Shown piece after piece: positions 28,245-42,283 of a stretch of DNA of 64,000 nt. Below the pieces are notes generated by a model. It worked only from the letters and a program-made list of their open reading frames with translations. It was not told the DNA's origin and searched no databases. Origin of the DNA: Eledone cirrhosa (Eukaryota); NCBI GenBank assembly GCA_964016885.1, contig OZ024747.1, positions 83,638,001 to 83,702,000 on the forward strand, in the 5' to 3' direction. Within the stretch, counting starts at the first letter, position 1. Each line of letters opens with the position of its first letter. A program made the translations under genes and the position numbers.

Positions 28245-29208
28245 ATTAGCTTTCTCATTCAGTGGGAAGATTTGTCTTTCATTGATGGCTGTGTCCTAGC
28301 ATGAAAAAGAAAAATGAAATTTACAGCTCACACTTATGCAAGTTTAGATGACCTTCTATGAAAGAGGTTTCTTGGTTATTTTCATGATAGAGGCACCAGT
28401 CCTGTCATGAAAAGCATGATGCACTGCCTGGTCCAGGAACTGACACACAACCTTATGATCATAAGTGTAAAACAAAACCTCTGGGCCACAGCATGATCAC
28501 AGCCTGTAAGCTGGAACAAGTAAAAGATTATCCACCAAACTCAATTTGTTTTCTACCTAACATGAAACATCTACCATATTGTCTGAAGAAGTGAAGTTAA
28601 CCATAGAAATATTATCACATACAGTGGCTGGCTGAGTGTTTAAGAAGGTTGCTTCACAACCATTAGATCCCAGATGCGATTCCACTACATAGCATCGTGA
28701 ACAAGTGTATTTACCATAGCTTCATGTTGACTCAAGCCTTGTGAGTGAAACTATTTGAAATCTCGTTGGATAGGTTGTACCTATAATTCAAAGGACCAGT
28801 CTTGTCATATACACTGTTGCCTTGATTCTCCATTAAGGGTTAACATGTCTATAATTTCATAAACAGACTGGAACATTCAATATCAAAAGAAGTGTTCCGA
28901 TTGATAGGTTTTATAACTATGTCTAATTCTAATTAGTTATGATTGACTATGGGTTATGCAGCAGCCATTACTAACTGAGTATGGGTTTGCCTCTCCAAGA
29001 CACAAGCCTAGGCAGGATGTTTTTGTGGAAGACTAGCAGTAGCCAATACAGACAGGTTTTCCCTCTCCACAACACTGATGTTGTCCAAGAGAAACGCAAA
29101 GACTGATACAACTTGGCATCAGTGGTTTGCACTCATTTTGTTTACAACTTAAGGAAGTGGAGTAACAGGAAATAATGTCTTGCTCAAGGAGGAGGATGGG
29201 AGTAATAT

Positions 29209-29242
<34 letters not shown>

Positions 29243-29529
29243 CAGAGTTGTAGTAATGATGTATCATAATAATAGATTCATATTTAGGTACAAAGCCAAT
29301 AAATTTGGGGAAGGAGAAAGTTGATTAAATCAGCCCCAGTACTTGGCTGGTACTTTAATTTTATCAATCCCGGAAACATAAAAGACAAATTTGACCTGGC
29401 TGGGATTTGAAATCAGAACATAAAGAGCTGGAACAAACACTACAAGGCATTTTACTCAATACTGTAATAATTCTCCCAGTCCACCACCCTCATGAATAAT
29501 AATAATAGTTGATAGCTTTTGTTATTTGG

Positions 29530-30060
29530 GTGATATGCAGCAATTGGGGAGTGTGCTTTGAAAGCATGGTAGCGAGAATAAGAATAGAGTAGGAAATGCC
29601 TCTGCTGGCAACAAAAGGATTCTCTCTCCATGTGAAAGGGAGATTATATGAAGCTTGTGTACATAGTGCAATGTTGCATGGCAGTGAGACAAGGGCATTG
29701 AAAGCAAAGGATGTGAAAAGGCTGGAAAGAAATGAAGCAAGCATGATCTGTTGGATGTTTAATGTGCACACAGATGAGTTGAGAAAAAAAAGCTGTGTAT
29801 AAAGAGATGACTGTATTGGTAAAGAAATGTAATGCAAGTAAAAATATGCCAGAAGTTCTGAGTAGAAAAAAGTCATGGAAGAGGAAGACAAGGACAAAAG
29901 TAGTGAAATCTCATCTCAGGATACTGACCCTTGCAAAGGATATGACAAAAGACCACAAGTGGTGAAATACTGTTTTGAAGAGGATCTTTCCAACCCATGC
30001 AAGAATGGAAACCATATGTAAAAGTATGGAAGGTAATGATGCTGATGATGATGATAATAA
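29530..30060 (+). mobile_element. Old degraded RTE 3' fragment
   Basis: ORF 29596-29802 (PLLATKGFSLHVKGRLYEACVHSAMLHGSET) is homologous to the 44733 ORF; (GAT)n tail. Confidence 0.85.
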
Positions 30061-31402
30061 TAATTGTTTTGGGGAGGGGAAAGTCGATAAAATCAACCCC
30101 AGTGTATTACTGGTGCTTTATTTTATCAACCCCGTATGGATAAAAGGGAAAGCTAATAATAATAAGGTTCTTGTTGTGACTTGACATGACTAAATACTTC
30201 GGTACATTTTCCATCTACACTGTGTGACAGATTAGAAATAACAACAACAATAATAATAATGATCGAGCCAATCATCAGATGGGATCACGGAAACTATATT
30301 TGCATTGGTCTTTCTCTTGGTGATACTATCTGCTGGTCACATCTAGCAGAAGAAAGCAGGATTTAAACTCAGAACACACTGTACTAGATCATATACTACA
30401 AAACAACCCCTGGCATTTTAACAATTCTGCTAATCCATCACTCTAGACTAGTTCTTTATTTATAGACCCCGCCAAAAAAAATGAACAGCAAAGTTGACCT
30501 TGGCAAGTTTTGAACTCAGAACATAGAAAGCCAGAACAGATACCAAGGCATTTAATCCACTGCTTGAACAACTTTGCTAATTCATTGTGTAGTAGTAGTA
30601 ATCACAACAATGGGAGTAAAAAAAAAAATAATAACAGAATTGTAATTTTGAAGATATTTTGGATGGGCGGTGGTTTTGGAGGTGGGATAATGTGGTTGTA
30701 GTAGATGAGATAATTAAATTGAAGTAAGTATAATTTTTATGATTTTTTTTTAACTGACTTATAGAAATATTTATAAAATTCTTATTCTTGCTTTCTCAAT
30801 ACTTAATACATTTTAATATTGAGTCACAAATGCTTATCCTTTAATAATACATGTAATATATCAAATATATTAATGAATAAAGCAATCATTTAACGCATTT
30901 TATTGCTTATCTTCTAATTTAAATGTTCCAACAAGTATTTTAAAATTAAGAAGGGGCCGTTGTCATTTTTTTTTGTTGGCATCTTTTAAAAAAAAAATCA
31001 CCAAATTTTTTCAACAATTTAATTCAGTTCTCAGTTACCATTTGTAGTTTCTATACAATATTTATATATTCAAAATATCTTTTTTACTGTCTTGTTGATT
31101 AGGGCTTGCATCATGAAAATATGGCATCTTTAGAATTTATTTTGAAGCATGTTTGCAGCTTGGTTAAAAAAAAAAAGTTTAAAAAATGGAAGAGAATAAC
31201 TAGTTAGTATTTTTGACTACTATAGTCTGGTTGTGTTAAAAATGTTTTATTCTTTATATCTCTCTATTATATATTTATTCATGGCTGACTTTCTGTTTCA
31301 TCCATCCTCTTTTCTTGAAATATTCTTTGGCAGGTTATGAAGAAAACAACTGAATTCCTCGTTACCCCTAACTTGTCTTACTGCATTAGCATTTCACATT
31401 GC

Positions 31403-31434
<32 letters not shown>

Positions 31435-31509
31435 ACATATATATGTATGTATATATATATATGTATGTATATATATATATGTATATATATATATATGTAT
31501 GTATATATT

Positions 31510-31542
<33 letters not shown>

Positions 31543-31725
31543 GTATGTATATATATATATATGTATGTATATATATATATATATATATATGTGTATGTAT
31601 ATATATATATATATATGTATGTATATATATATATATGTATGTATATATATATATATATATGTATGTATATATATATATATGTATGTATATATATATATAT
31701 ATATGTATGTATATATATATATATG

Positions 31726-31766
<41 letters not shown>

Positions 31767-31791
31767 ATATTTATATATATATATATGTATG

Positions 31792-31822
<31 letters not shown>

Positions 31823-31855
31823 GTATGTATATATTTATATATATATATATGTATG

Positions 31856-31886
<31 letters not shown>

Positions 31887-32005
31887 GTATGTATATATAT
31901 ATATATATGTATGTATATATATATATATATATGTATGTATATATATATATATATGTATGTATATATATATATATATATGTATGTATATATATATATATAT
32001 GTATG

Positions 32006-32041
<36 letters not shown>

Positions 32042-32095
32042 TATGTATGTATATATATATATATGTGTATGTATATATATATATATATGTATGTG

Positions 32096-32126
<31 letters not shown>

Positions 32127-32143
32127 ATATATATATATGTATG

Positions 32144-32188
<45 letters not shown>

Positions 32189-32213
32189 GTATATATATAT
32201 ATGTATGTATGTA

Positions 32214-32249
<36 letters not shown>

Positions 32250-32353
32250 TATATATATGTATGTATGTATATATATATGTGTATATATATATATATATGT
32301 GTATATATATATATATATATGTGTATATATATATATATGTGTATATATATGTG

Positions 32354-32386
<33 letters not shown>

Positions 32387-32391
32387 GTATG

Positions 32392-32422
<31 letters not shown>

Positions 32423-32567
32423 ATATATGTATATATATATGTATGTATATATATATATATTTATATGTATGTATATATATATATATTTATATGTATGTAT
32501 ATATATATATATTTATATGTATGTATATATATATATTTATATGTATATATATATATTTATATGTATG

Positions 32568-32598
<31 letters not shown>

Positions 32599-32723
32599 AT
32601 ATATATGTATGTATATATATATATGTATGTATATATATATATATATATGTATGTATATATATATATATATATATGTATGTATATATATATATTTATATGT
32701 ATGTATATATATATATTTATATG

Positions 32724-32760
<37 letters not shown>
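31403..32760. repeat. ~1.36-kb (TA)n/(TATG)n compound microsatellite
   Basis: Read directly; produces the spurious 454-499 aa I/Y/M/V/C ORFs. Confidence 0.98.
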
Positions 32761-32945
32761 TAACCAGCCAAAATTCGTTAGATGCAATATATATATATAT
32801 TGCATCTAACGAATTTTGGCTGATTAAGCTCCCCCACCAACTTATGCCCAGCTTGCCCCCCTCCTATATACTTGTCAGTAGCATAGAAATAGCAACAACT
32901 ATGAAGATTGGAATTATTTTCTAATTTATTTATTATTTATTATTA

Positions 32946-32993
<48 letters not shown>

Positions 32994-33236
32994 TGTTTAT
33001 ATATATTTTTTCTCCTTTCATTGATTATTATTATTCCTATTTATAGAACTAGGGATAGTGGGGATGGTGATGGTGATGGTGTAGATTGTGTAGATACATT
33101 TTGGTAACTAAGTTTGGTGTCTCACATTTCTGTATTCACCCCTTCAAGGCCAATGAAGGAAATAAGTACCCTCAATTTAGAGGCAGTTCAGTTCAATCAA
33201 CAAGTGGTTTCTGTGCCCTTTTAAGAAGAATATATA

Positions 33237-33323
<87 letters not shown>

Positions 33324-34434
33324 ACTTCAAATTGACAGAGCCATAAGAACATTGGATAGAATGCTTTGTGGTATGTAGCATTCCTTCTAGCTTTCTGTGT
33401 TCTGAGTTCAAATCTCACAGCGGTCAGCTTTGCCTTTTATTCTTTGGAGGTTGACAAAAAAAAAAGAAAAAAAAAAACCAGTCCAGTACTGGAGTTGATT
33501 CTTCCTCTATGTCTCTTTTGCACCACTTATTCTTTCTCTGGAAGAAACCAACTGTGGTCAGACCTGGAGAGGGCACTGTCAGGCATAAAATGCTGGAAGT
33601 ATGTTTCAATGGCGCCCTTTCAACTTGATCAGTTGTGTACATCATAGATTAATATATATATCAATATATATTATGTGTGTGTGTGTATGTAGCTAAGATC
33701 GTTGGTTGTCCTTACCTGTAATTATATACATATAGAAAATCAAAATCAACTTTGTATCCAAGCCAGACACAAATCATACTCCTATACTGTACTGGAACTC
33801 ACACCCTTACCATACTACTCAGGGGTGAGCTAGATCATGTGGGTGGGTTCTCAAGCTGGTGTCCTCCCCCTCTCTGTTGTCATTGCTATTAATTCTCAGA
33901 TGATCTGCCTTACTCAAGGACACAATGTGCAAGCATGTGGCAAGCATGTGCACGCACGTGCGTGCATGTGTTCTCTGTTGTTTTATGTTTAGGTTATATA
34001 TGTTTTCTTGATAGTAAGCTTTATTAAGATAATATATAAGTTATAAATAAGGGTCTGACATGAATCCTTACTTTTTGCTGTTTCCTTCCTTTCTGAAAAC
34101 AGATTTCCCCCAGTTTGTATTTTCTCTAGTATATAGATTGTCTTTAAGGAAAATAGGCTCTATTTTCTCTGGCTGATTGCTAAATGTTTTTATTGCCACA
34201 CTCTTTTATGTTAATGAAGTGTGGGAGATACTGTACAGATGTATCTTTCTTAATCACCATCATCATCACCATTATCATTATTGTTAACCTTGTTGATTTG
34301 CCTTTTAGCTAAGTAAAAAAAGTTACACACTTAGTGTCCCTTTCCCCATAAAACCTTTAGAGGCTTTATGCTTATTTAAGAAAGAATTATATGTGGCGTG
34401 GTAGAAATGCCTGAAATAGTAGAGTATGTGTATT

Positions 34435-34700
34435 TAACCCAGTTATTACCATATTTCTAATGAAAGACACTGCCTATGATTTTCAAATAATTTTGAAAAT
34501 ATAGAATTTGTAGGGATTTAGTAATATAACTTAATATCTCTTAATTTCTGAATATTAAGCTGGATTTAGGAGCCTAACAAAGATAGGAGCCTAACATAAA
34601 AATTATAATGGAAGGTGTTAGATAAATATAAACACTTGAAAATAAAGTTTTGTATCCTAAAATTAGGAGTGGCTTTGAGTGGTTAGCATCAAAAGGGTTG
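34435..34700 (+). mobile_element. piggyBac-type MITE family A, the most abundant repeat (other copies ~1-210, ~1480-1676, ~3270-3477, ~22973-23225, ~24657-24815, ~38931-39161, ~56400-56658, ~58170-58334, ~59325-59560, ~61900-62093)
   Basis: TTAA-CCC..TT(G/A)TTACCATATTTCTAATGAAA...GGTATCAAAAGGG-TTAA consensus, about 200-260 bp, both orientations, no coding capacity. Confidence 0.8.
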
Positions 34701-35945
34701 ATTTGTCATTCCTTTGATTCCATGTTCAAATACAACCATGTTTGCAAGAGCCTCTATATGGTCTCTTGACCTATTAGAAATAGCAATCAAATTACTTTTG
34801 AATCACACCCTATCATCCTAAATAACAGAAGCACACACCGGACAATATAGTACAGAGTATACTATGCCTAGAAAAAAAAAAGACATGATGGTCACAGCTG
34901 GAATGATCATACGTCTGTCCAGCCATGGCTGACTTCATTCTTCTTGTTATTGTTAACTGGTTTTCTATGAGGTTACATCTCACAGGGTATTTCTTGTGTG
35001 GTTTAATGATAAAGACCCTTATCCTACTATACCCGATATGATAAGTTCCTTCATTCCTCTGGAGTCATTGAAATAAATACCAGTAATATACATAGTTGAT
35101 TCAATTGAATATAGGTTTCATCAACAAAAATCGGCCATGGATTTAGTTAAACGATTTCATTAAATATATAAATTAAAAATGTCAATTAAAGTTAAATTAT
35201 ATCAAAAGAATTGCATTCAAAATGTTCATTGTTAAAAAGAATCCAATAGGGATGGCTTCTCCATCTATAATTATTAAGATTAGCAAGAGAGTGTTAAAAT
35301 CAGTCCAACCTCTGACAATGTTTATTGAAATTAGCAACAGTGTGTTGAAAGCAACTTAGTAGATATATTTCTTAGTAGATAGTCTTCATTTATGATCAAG
35401 ATGAGCAGTCTAACTTAGATGGATCTTCTTCAATGAATAATAATTTAGCAACAGCATGTTAAAAGCAGTCCAACATAGATGGTGTCTCTCCATCTATGAT
35501 TATTAGATTAGTAACGGTGGTGGATTTTTTTTTCAAAATACCTTCCCTATTTTTTCCAGGTGATCTATTGTCAAATCAGTTTAATGGGGCACTGTTACAC
35601 AATGAAGAGATGCCAGACTCACAAATGACTTTACTCCAAACTGCCCCAGCAACTAGATTTGATGCCACAACAGGTGAACTTTTCATTGCCCCTACCCCCA
35701 AACAACCAATCAACCAACCAACCATCATTCTGAGAATGCCTCTCTATCTCTTTTTATAGATTTTCTTGAATTAACTTTCTCATTTCTTCTGCCTCTTGTC
35801 CAAAACAACTTAAACTACTTACTGGGTCCACATTATTTGGCAAGGGTGGTGAATTAACAGAATTGGTAGAGTATTAGATAAATAACATTTACAGTAAATC
35901 AGAAACCATCTTTATTATTTTAAATGTTAATATTATTAATGTATT

Positions 35946-35993
<48 letters not shown>

Positions 35994-36412
35994 TAATACA
36001 CAAATGCGTACACATTATTCAAGATTACCAATAACTTTTATTTATTTAAAAGCAATGAATTTATTACTAAAGCTATTAACAAACTAAAATGGATTCCAAA
36101 ATATTCTCATAGTTGGCATGGGTTAATTTATTTCTTCCAGTTCTAAAAAAAGATTTTAGTTTAATGTTGATTACTTTCCTGCCTCCCTTCCCAGTCATAT
36201 TTGGCTTTATTTCAATATATTTGGCAGTTAAAAATTTTAGAAAAGAAAGTGGGGAAGAAATAATTGTAAAATTATGTTTTGGAATGTGATATTGTAAATT
36301 ACTTTCAGAACTATAATTGTTTCATGTTCAGACTTTTTAGACAGGGCAGGCCTGTCTGGGAAGTTGGGTGGGGAACTTATGAATTAGAGAGGCTACTGTT
36401 GAGTGGTGAAAG

Positions 36413-36760
36413 AATATGGCTTAGTGGTTAGGGCGTTGGATTTGATGTTTTTGATTGAGCGATACGTTGTGTTCTTGAGCAAAACACTTCACTTTATGTT
36501 GCTCCAGTTGACTCAGTCAAGAATGAGTTCCTGTGGCAGCTGAGGGTTAGCCCTACAGTGGGTGATATGTTGTGTTCTTGAGCAAGACTCTTCACTTCAT
36601 ATTGCTCCAGTTGAGTCAATCAAAAATGAGTTCCTGTGACAGCTGAGAGTTAGCCTTGCAATAAACTGGTGTGTCCTGTCCAGAGGGAAGTCTTGTATAT
36701 TCAGTCACTAAACATCCATGAAACTAGGTTAAGCTCTGGGTTTCATTCAAGTCATGCAAG
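36413..36760 (+). mobile_element. CORE-type tRNA SINE with ~100-bp internal tandem duplication
   Basis: TGGCTTAGTGGTTAGGG head; the CORE-like TGTGTTCTTGAGCAA(A/G)AC(A/T)CTTCACTT...TTGCTCCAGTTGA block occurs twice (~36461 and ~36564). Related copies ~3530, ~41870, ~58371, and ~48100-48246 on -. Confidence 0.7.
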
Positions 36761-36934
36761 CTTTGAAAGATAAGTGTAAAACGATAACTCACATTCTCTC
36801 ATAATGATATAGTCAATGCAAAAATTCTGCTTTGCTAAACATTTATTGTTTTTTTTTGTTTTGAATACTAACAGTTTTATATAAAATAACCATCAGTGTT
36901 AAAGGGCTATGTAACGTATTAGTAGTAATCTTAA

Positions 36935-37155
36935 CCCTTTAGCATTTACATTATTCTATATATATTATTGTATTTTTGTGATAAAGGCTTTATCTCACAT
37001 AATTATCTCAAATAATATTGAATCTATGGGATTTTGATATTATTTATTTTGAGAACAATACCTTAACATCGGTATAAGTGGCCAGTTACTGCTGGTTTGA
37101 ACAGAAAGAGGTGAAAGAATTCTGGCCGGATATGGCCGGTTTAAATGCTAAAGGG
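36935..37155 (+). mobile_element. piggyBac-type MITE family B, best-preserved copy (others 52132-52339; 60895-61103 reversed)
   Basis: Perfect TIR CCCTTTAGCATTTA / TAAATGCTAAAGGG with TTAA on both sides. Confidence 0.92.
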
Positions 37156-39319
37156 TTAAACAATGTTGTGTGTGAGAAGAAGAGAACAAAGTTTAAGACT
37201 AAGAAAAGTTGTCTTCATCTTTCAATTAAAAAGTAATAGAATTGCAATATTGTTTATTGTGATGGTTAAAATAAGTAGCAGACTTGAAAGTGTTGGGGCC
37301 AATATGTTCAACTAAATTTCTTCAATCTAGTGCTCTAGAATTGTCACAGTCGAAAGACTGAAACCTGTAAAAGAATAACAAAAACATGCACTGTTAACCA
37401 TGATATGACTGTATATAGAGAGGTGGGGTATGATTTAACATGAATTTAAGATATTTAGATATTTTTGGTAAACATCAATCCTATATAGTGTCAATGACTA
37501 AAGTAGGTAGAACTGTTAGAAGGTGCTAGAGACCGTCCTCAACTCCTGTTGTCAACAACAGCTGCTAAACTAATTGCATTCTCTTATAAAATTCTTAATT
37601 TATGAAAGTAGATGAGGAATTAACACACTAACTAATTAACTAACTAGATAAAGTTCTTTCACCTGAGAACTGTGTTAAGTACATTGAAAGAAGTTGTATA
37701 TTAAGCTGGCAGAAATAGCAATACACTTAGTCTACTTTTGAAGTTGTACTTGTTTAGTAAGTGACTTGTTTTGAGACCAGGTGTTGAAACTAAAGTTATT
37801 GCATTCTGGAAGAGTCATTCTAACTTGAAGCAGACTGGCCATATGAACATTTAGGCAACGCATGGTGGGTCACATGGTTGGGTCAAAAGATAAAACAGCT
37901 GAAAAAATTTCATGAAAAACTGAAGCTATAGCTAATGCACAAGGGTCAAAACAAAAATAGAATGCCCCTTAGTTGAGCATGAAAACATGTGTCTGGCCCT
38001 TAGCAATCAGTTAGTTAGTGTCACCTTAGTTGAACAACGAAAATACACATCAGCCCCTCAGCAGTCAGTTAGTGTCTCTTTAGCTGAGCTGTGAAAACAC
38101 GCTGGTACCACATTTAAATACACCCAAGTACACTATGTAAAATGGTTGACATTAGGAAGAGCATACAACCATAGAAACCATGCCAAACAAAGGTTTAAAA
38201 GATTCTTCAGTTGCATCAAAGACATGACAACCTCCTTAATGCTGATGTTATGATAAAATACACCCAGTATACTATGTAAAATGGGTGGTGTTAGGATGGT
38301 CATCCAACTGTAGAAATCATGCCAAAACTGGAACATATGTGAGATGTCACCCCTGGGCCATCTAGGAACACAGTTGCTGACTTCATCTGTAACATCCTGT
38401 CCAACCCATCTGTAACAGCCTGTCCAACCCATGCTAGTGTGAAAGAATGGACAGAAATGATATCTAAATGCTTCATATTTCTGAATTCAAATTCTTCGAG
38501 GGTTGATGAACAAAGCAAGATTTTGGTTGGTATTTGCTACTCTTCCAAATTTAATAACCATATTTCTAATGAAATATGCATGCTGTATTTTAATTAATTA
38601 ATGAAGAGATTTATTAAAATCATCTCATTATTAAGGTGGTATTTGTAACGTAACCTCACAAAAGATTTTTGAATAAAATTGTTGGAAAATTTAAATTTAA
38701 ACAGAAGCTCCTTAAAATGGTTGGCTTTGTTTCAAAATGGGCAGGTGGTATGAAAGGGCTTAAAAAAGCGAAAATCATAATGTCATGTAACATCAACAGT
38801 GAAATATGAATAGGACTGTCTAGTGAAAGGGCAGTGGAAATAGCTGAGACAGACAGGGTTAACTTAGATTTAGTAATGTATATGCAGCCGTTATTTCAGT
38901 GTTACACTGATTATTCTGACTTCAAATCATTTAACACTTTCATTGCTGAACTTCTAATGAAATACTGTTTTTGTGTTTTATTTGATTTTGTAAATAATGA
39001 AATATTTGGAAAAATTTAATAAAATAGATAACTCTTTCATTGCTAAGTTGATATTTAAACCATTACTTAAACATTTCTTAAATGGAATTATAATGGAAGG
39101 ATTTAATATAAATATAAACATAAAATCGGGGTGATTTTAGGCAGGTTGATATCAAAAGGGACAAAGATTGATAAAATGAATACATATAAGATAAAGGGCA
39201 TGATTATATTGACTATATGCACATCCCATATTAGCCTTATGTCTTAAAATATCTTGCTACTACAATTACTACTTCTCTTGTATGTAAATTAGAAACCATT
39301 ATTATTATTACTATTAAAT

Positions 39320-39513
39320 GGCGGTGGATTGGCAGTATCGGTAGAGGGTCGGACGCCATGCTTTCAAGTATAGTTACGTCCCTTTACGGTCTGAGTTCAA
39401 ATCCCGCCGAGGTTAACTTTGTCCTTACGGGGTCGATAAAATAAAGTACCAGTAATGTACTGGATAATTGCTGGCCTTGTGCCAAAAGTAGAAACAATTA
39501 TTATTATTACTAT
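39320..39513 (+). mobile_element. Young tRNA-derived SINE between two older SINE copies
   Basis: Close match to 28054-28244; flanked by duplicated ATTATTATTACTATT. Confidence 0.9.
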
Positions 39514-40613
39514 TGAGGATGGTGGATTAGCAAGAATTGTTAGAATATCTGATAAAAATAAATAAGTTTAGCGACATGTAGTTACTGCACTTTACATTCT
39601 CAGTTCAAATCCCATAGAAATCAACTTTGTCTTTCATCTTCCTTAGAAAATTAAGTACCAGTCATATAGTGGGGTTGACATAATCAACTTTCCCCTCCCT
39701 CAAAATTGTTGGCATAATAATAATTTAGTTATTTAATTATAGAGGGACTTGTGGCAGATGTTATTTCCCCACCCCACACTCCAAACTAATAATCATCAGA
39801 TATGTTGTGGTGTCTAACCTTCTAAGCTTTTTTTTTGTCTCTCTCTCTCTCCCCTCTATCTCTCTACTTCTATTATTTTAAGCATCTCTTCATGCCAATG
39901 TACATGTATATACAGATATATATATATACATTATATGCAGATGTATATATATATATATATATACATTATATACAGATGTATAATGTACATACAAGTATAA
40001 ACCAATAATGTTTTGAAGATATTGGGCAAGTTTGAAAATTTGAAATTGATTTACTTTTCATATGAAAAGTGGCTGCAATGTATATATTAACTATAAGATA
40101 GTTTGAAAAATTAATTTTAAAATATTTGAGTAAATTATCTTTGGAGACAAATAAAGAACTAGACAGAGACACCTGCTAGATTGAAACCATGTACCTGTTG
40201 TGATAATTGGTTTATCACAGCCATGCAGTATAATGGCAGATGGTGCAGTTTGATTCCTGCAGTCATTTTTGTTTGCAAACCACCCCCACCTCAATCTCCA
40301 GGATAATTTACCGGAGTTATTTAATTTTTTCATAATTAACATATAAAATTGTGGCAGCTTTTTCATAGGAAAAGTAAATACATTTCAAATTTATAAAACT
40401 ATATCTATCTCTGCTTATAAAAAGCCAACATGCCTACTTAGTATCTGCTTTTTTTTTTCATTTTGAAGCTTTTTTTTAAACATTTCATATAACTTTAATT
40501 CATTTATTCTTTTGTTGCCTTTTACTCAATGCAGTTCTTTCTAATCTAAAATTTAAAGGATTTTTCGTTTTGTTGTTGTTGCTTTACTGCTATCTCTGCT
40601 TTTCAATTCCTGC

Positions 40614-40616
<3 letters not shown>

Positions 40617-40692
<76 letters not shown>
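40617..40692. repeat. (CT)n microsatellite
   Basis: Read directly; a similar tract lies at ~54520-54567. Confidence 0.96.
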
Positions 40693-40696
<4 letters not shown>

Positions 40697-42049
40697 CTCT
40701 TGCCTCTTTGGTGGTGACTTCTTTTAAAGAACTGAATCCTGTGTGTGTGTGTGTATATATATATGTGTGTGTGTCTCACACACAGTTATTATTATTATTA
40801 TTTTTATTTGTTGGGTTATATATTGTTTTCTGTGTTTTTTACCTGTATTTTTTTCTTTTTAGTTTTTACTTTCGTGTTTTTTTTTGTTTTTTTTTTGCTA
40901 ATCATGTTTGCATTTTCTCTCCCTCCCTTAAAAATCTAGCACGTTACACTATATAGTAACTGGTTATAGAGTGTTACACTATAACCAGTTACTATATCGT
41001 GTGTTACACTATAACATTACTATATAGCCTGTTACACTGTGTTACACCATAACCTGTTACACTGTAATTTATTATAGTTAAATTTCACAAAAACTTTTAT
41101 AACAAACTTTTACCCTATTTATTTTCTTTTAAAAATTTGTTATTTATTGTATCTTTTCTTTTTCTTTCTCTACTCCCCATTTTCCTTCCTCTTATTTATC
41201 TCTTATCCTTGTATTTTTCCTATCTTTTCTCGTTATATCTTTCTGGAGTGTTTGTATTTTTAATTGTAATTCCTATTTCAAAACGATGAAGGAGCCCCTG
41301 CCCAACCAAAATCTTCCAAGTTTACCATCATGGGTTAGAATTTTTGAAGTTCCTTTCCTGATTTTTTTGTTTCACGTTTTTATTTATCTTAGCTGAAGTT
41401 CTTGCGGTTATTGCTGATAAAACTTCCAAGTGGTTTCTAATATTTTAAAATTAGCATAGCTTAGCTGCAGGCATGGATTCTGTGGTTAAAGAATTCACTT
41501 CAAAACCACACGATTTCCAGTTCAGTTCTACTGCATGGCACCTTGAGCAAGTATCTTCTTCTGTAAGCCTTAAGTTGACCAGTGGTAGATGGAAACTTTA
41601 AGGAAGTTCACTGTATATGTATCTATGTGTGTGTATCTCTCCATGTCTGTGTTTATGTTTACTGTTTGTTTGTATCCTGTAACTTAGCAAACCAACAAAC
41701 AGATGGTCAGAGCTGAAGAAAAAAAAGTAAGCACTTGGATCAATGCGATTGACTAAAAAAAAAAAGATCCTTTGAAGGTGGGTCCCCAGCATGTTTGTTG
41801 TCTAATGACTGAAACTCATAAAAGAATATAACTGATATATTTCCCTTTTCTTTATAGCTAAAATCTTTGTGAAGACATGTTGCTTAGTGGTTACAGAATT
41901 GGATTTGCAATCATTAGGTTGTGAGTTCGATTCTTGGGCCAACCGATGCATTATGTCTTTAAGCAAGTCACTTTTTCATCATGCTCTTTCTGCCAAGAGT
42001 TGTGGCTGGTAGATAGTATTAGCAATAGAAAGACCAATGGCGGTAGTTA

Positions 42050-42283
42050 CTATATAAAGTAACTATTGTATTGGGAGTGACTGCTACATAAAGTAACTAT
42101 TGTATTGGGAGTGACTGCTACATAAAGTAACTATTGTATTGGGAGTGACTGCGACATAAAGTAACTATTGTATTGGGAGTGACTGCTACATAAAGTAACT
42201 ATTGTATTGGGAGTGACTGCTACATAAAGTAACTATTGTATTGGGTGTGACTGCTACATAAAGTAACTATTGTATTGGGAGTG
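42050..42283. repeat. 34-bp minisatellite, ~6.8 near-perfect copies
   Basis: Unit ATAAAGTAACTATTGTATTGGGAGTGACTGCTAC, contiguous with no spacers. Confidence 0.96.

Noticed and set aside
31330-31400. Possible exon after TTTGGCAG at 31333
   Set aside because: Early stop in the frame required by MRTF, no convincing donor, and it runs into the microsatellite.
31337-32924. 454-499 aa ORFs (and similar ORFs at 48180-48810 and 59746-60272)
   Set aside because: Translations of TA/TATG microsatellites, which lack stop codons in all frames.
42050-42283. CRISPR-like 34-bp repeats (also the 45-bp repeats at 10221)
   Set aside because: Contiguous tandem units with no unique spacers, no cas genes, and a eukaryotic context.
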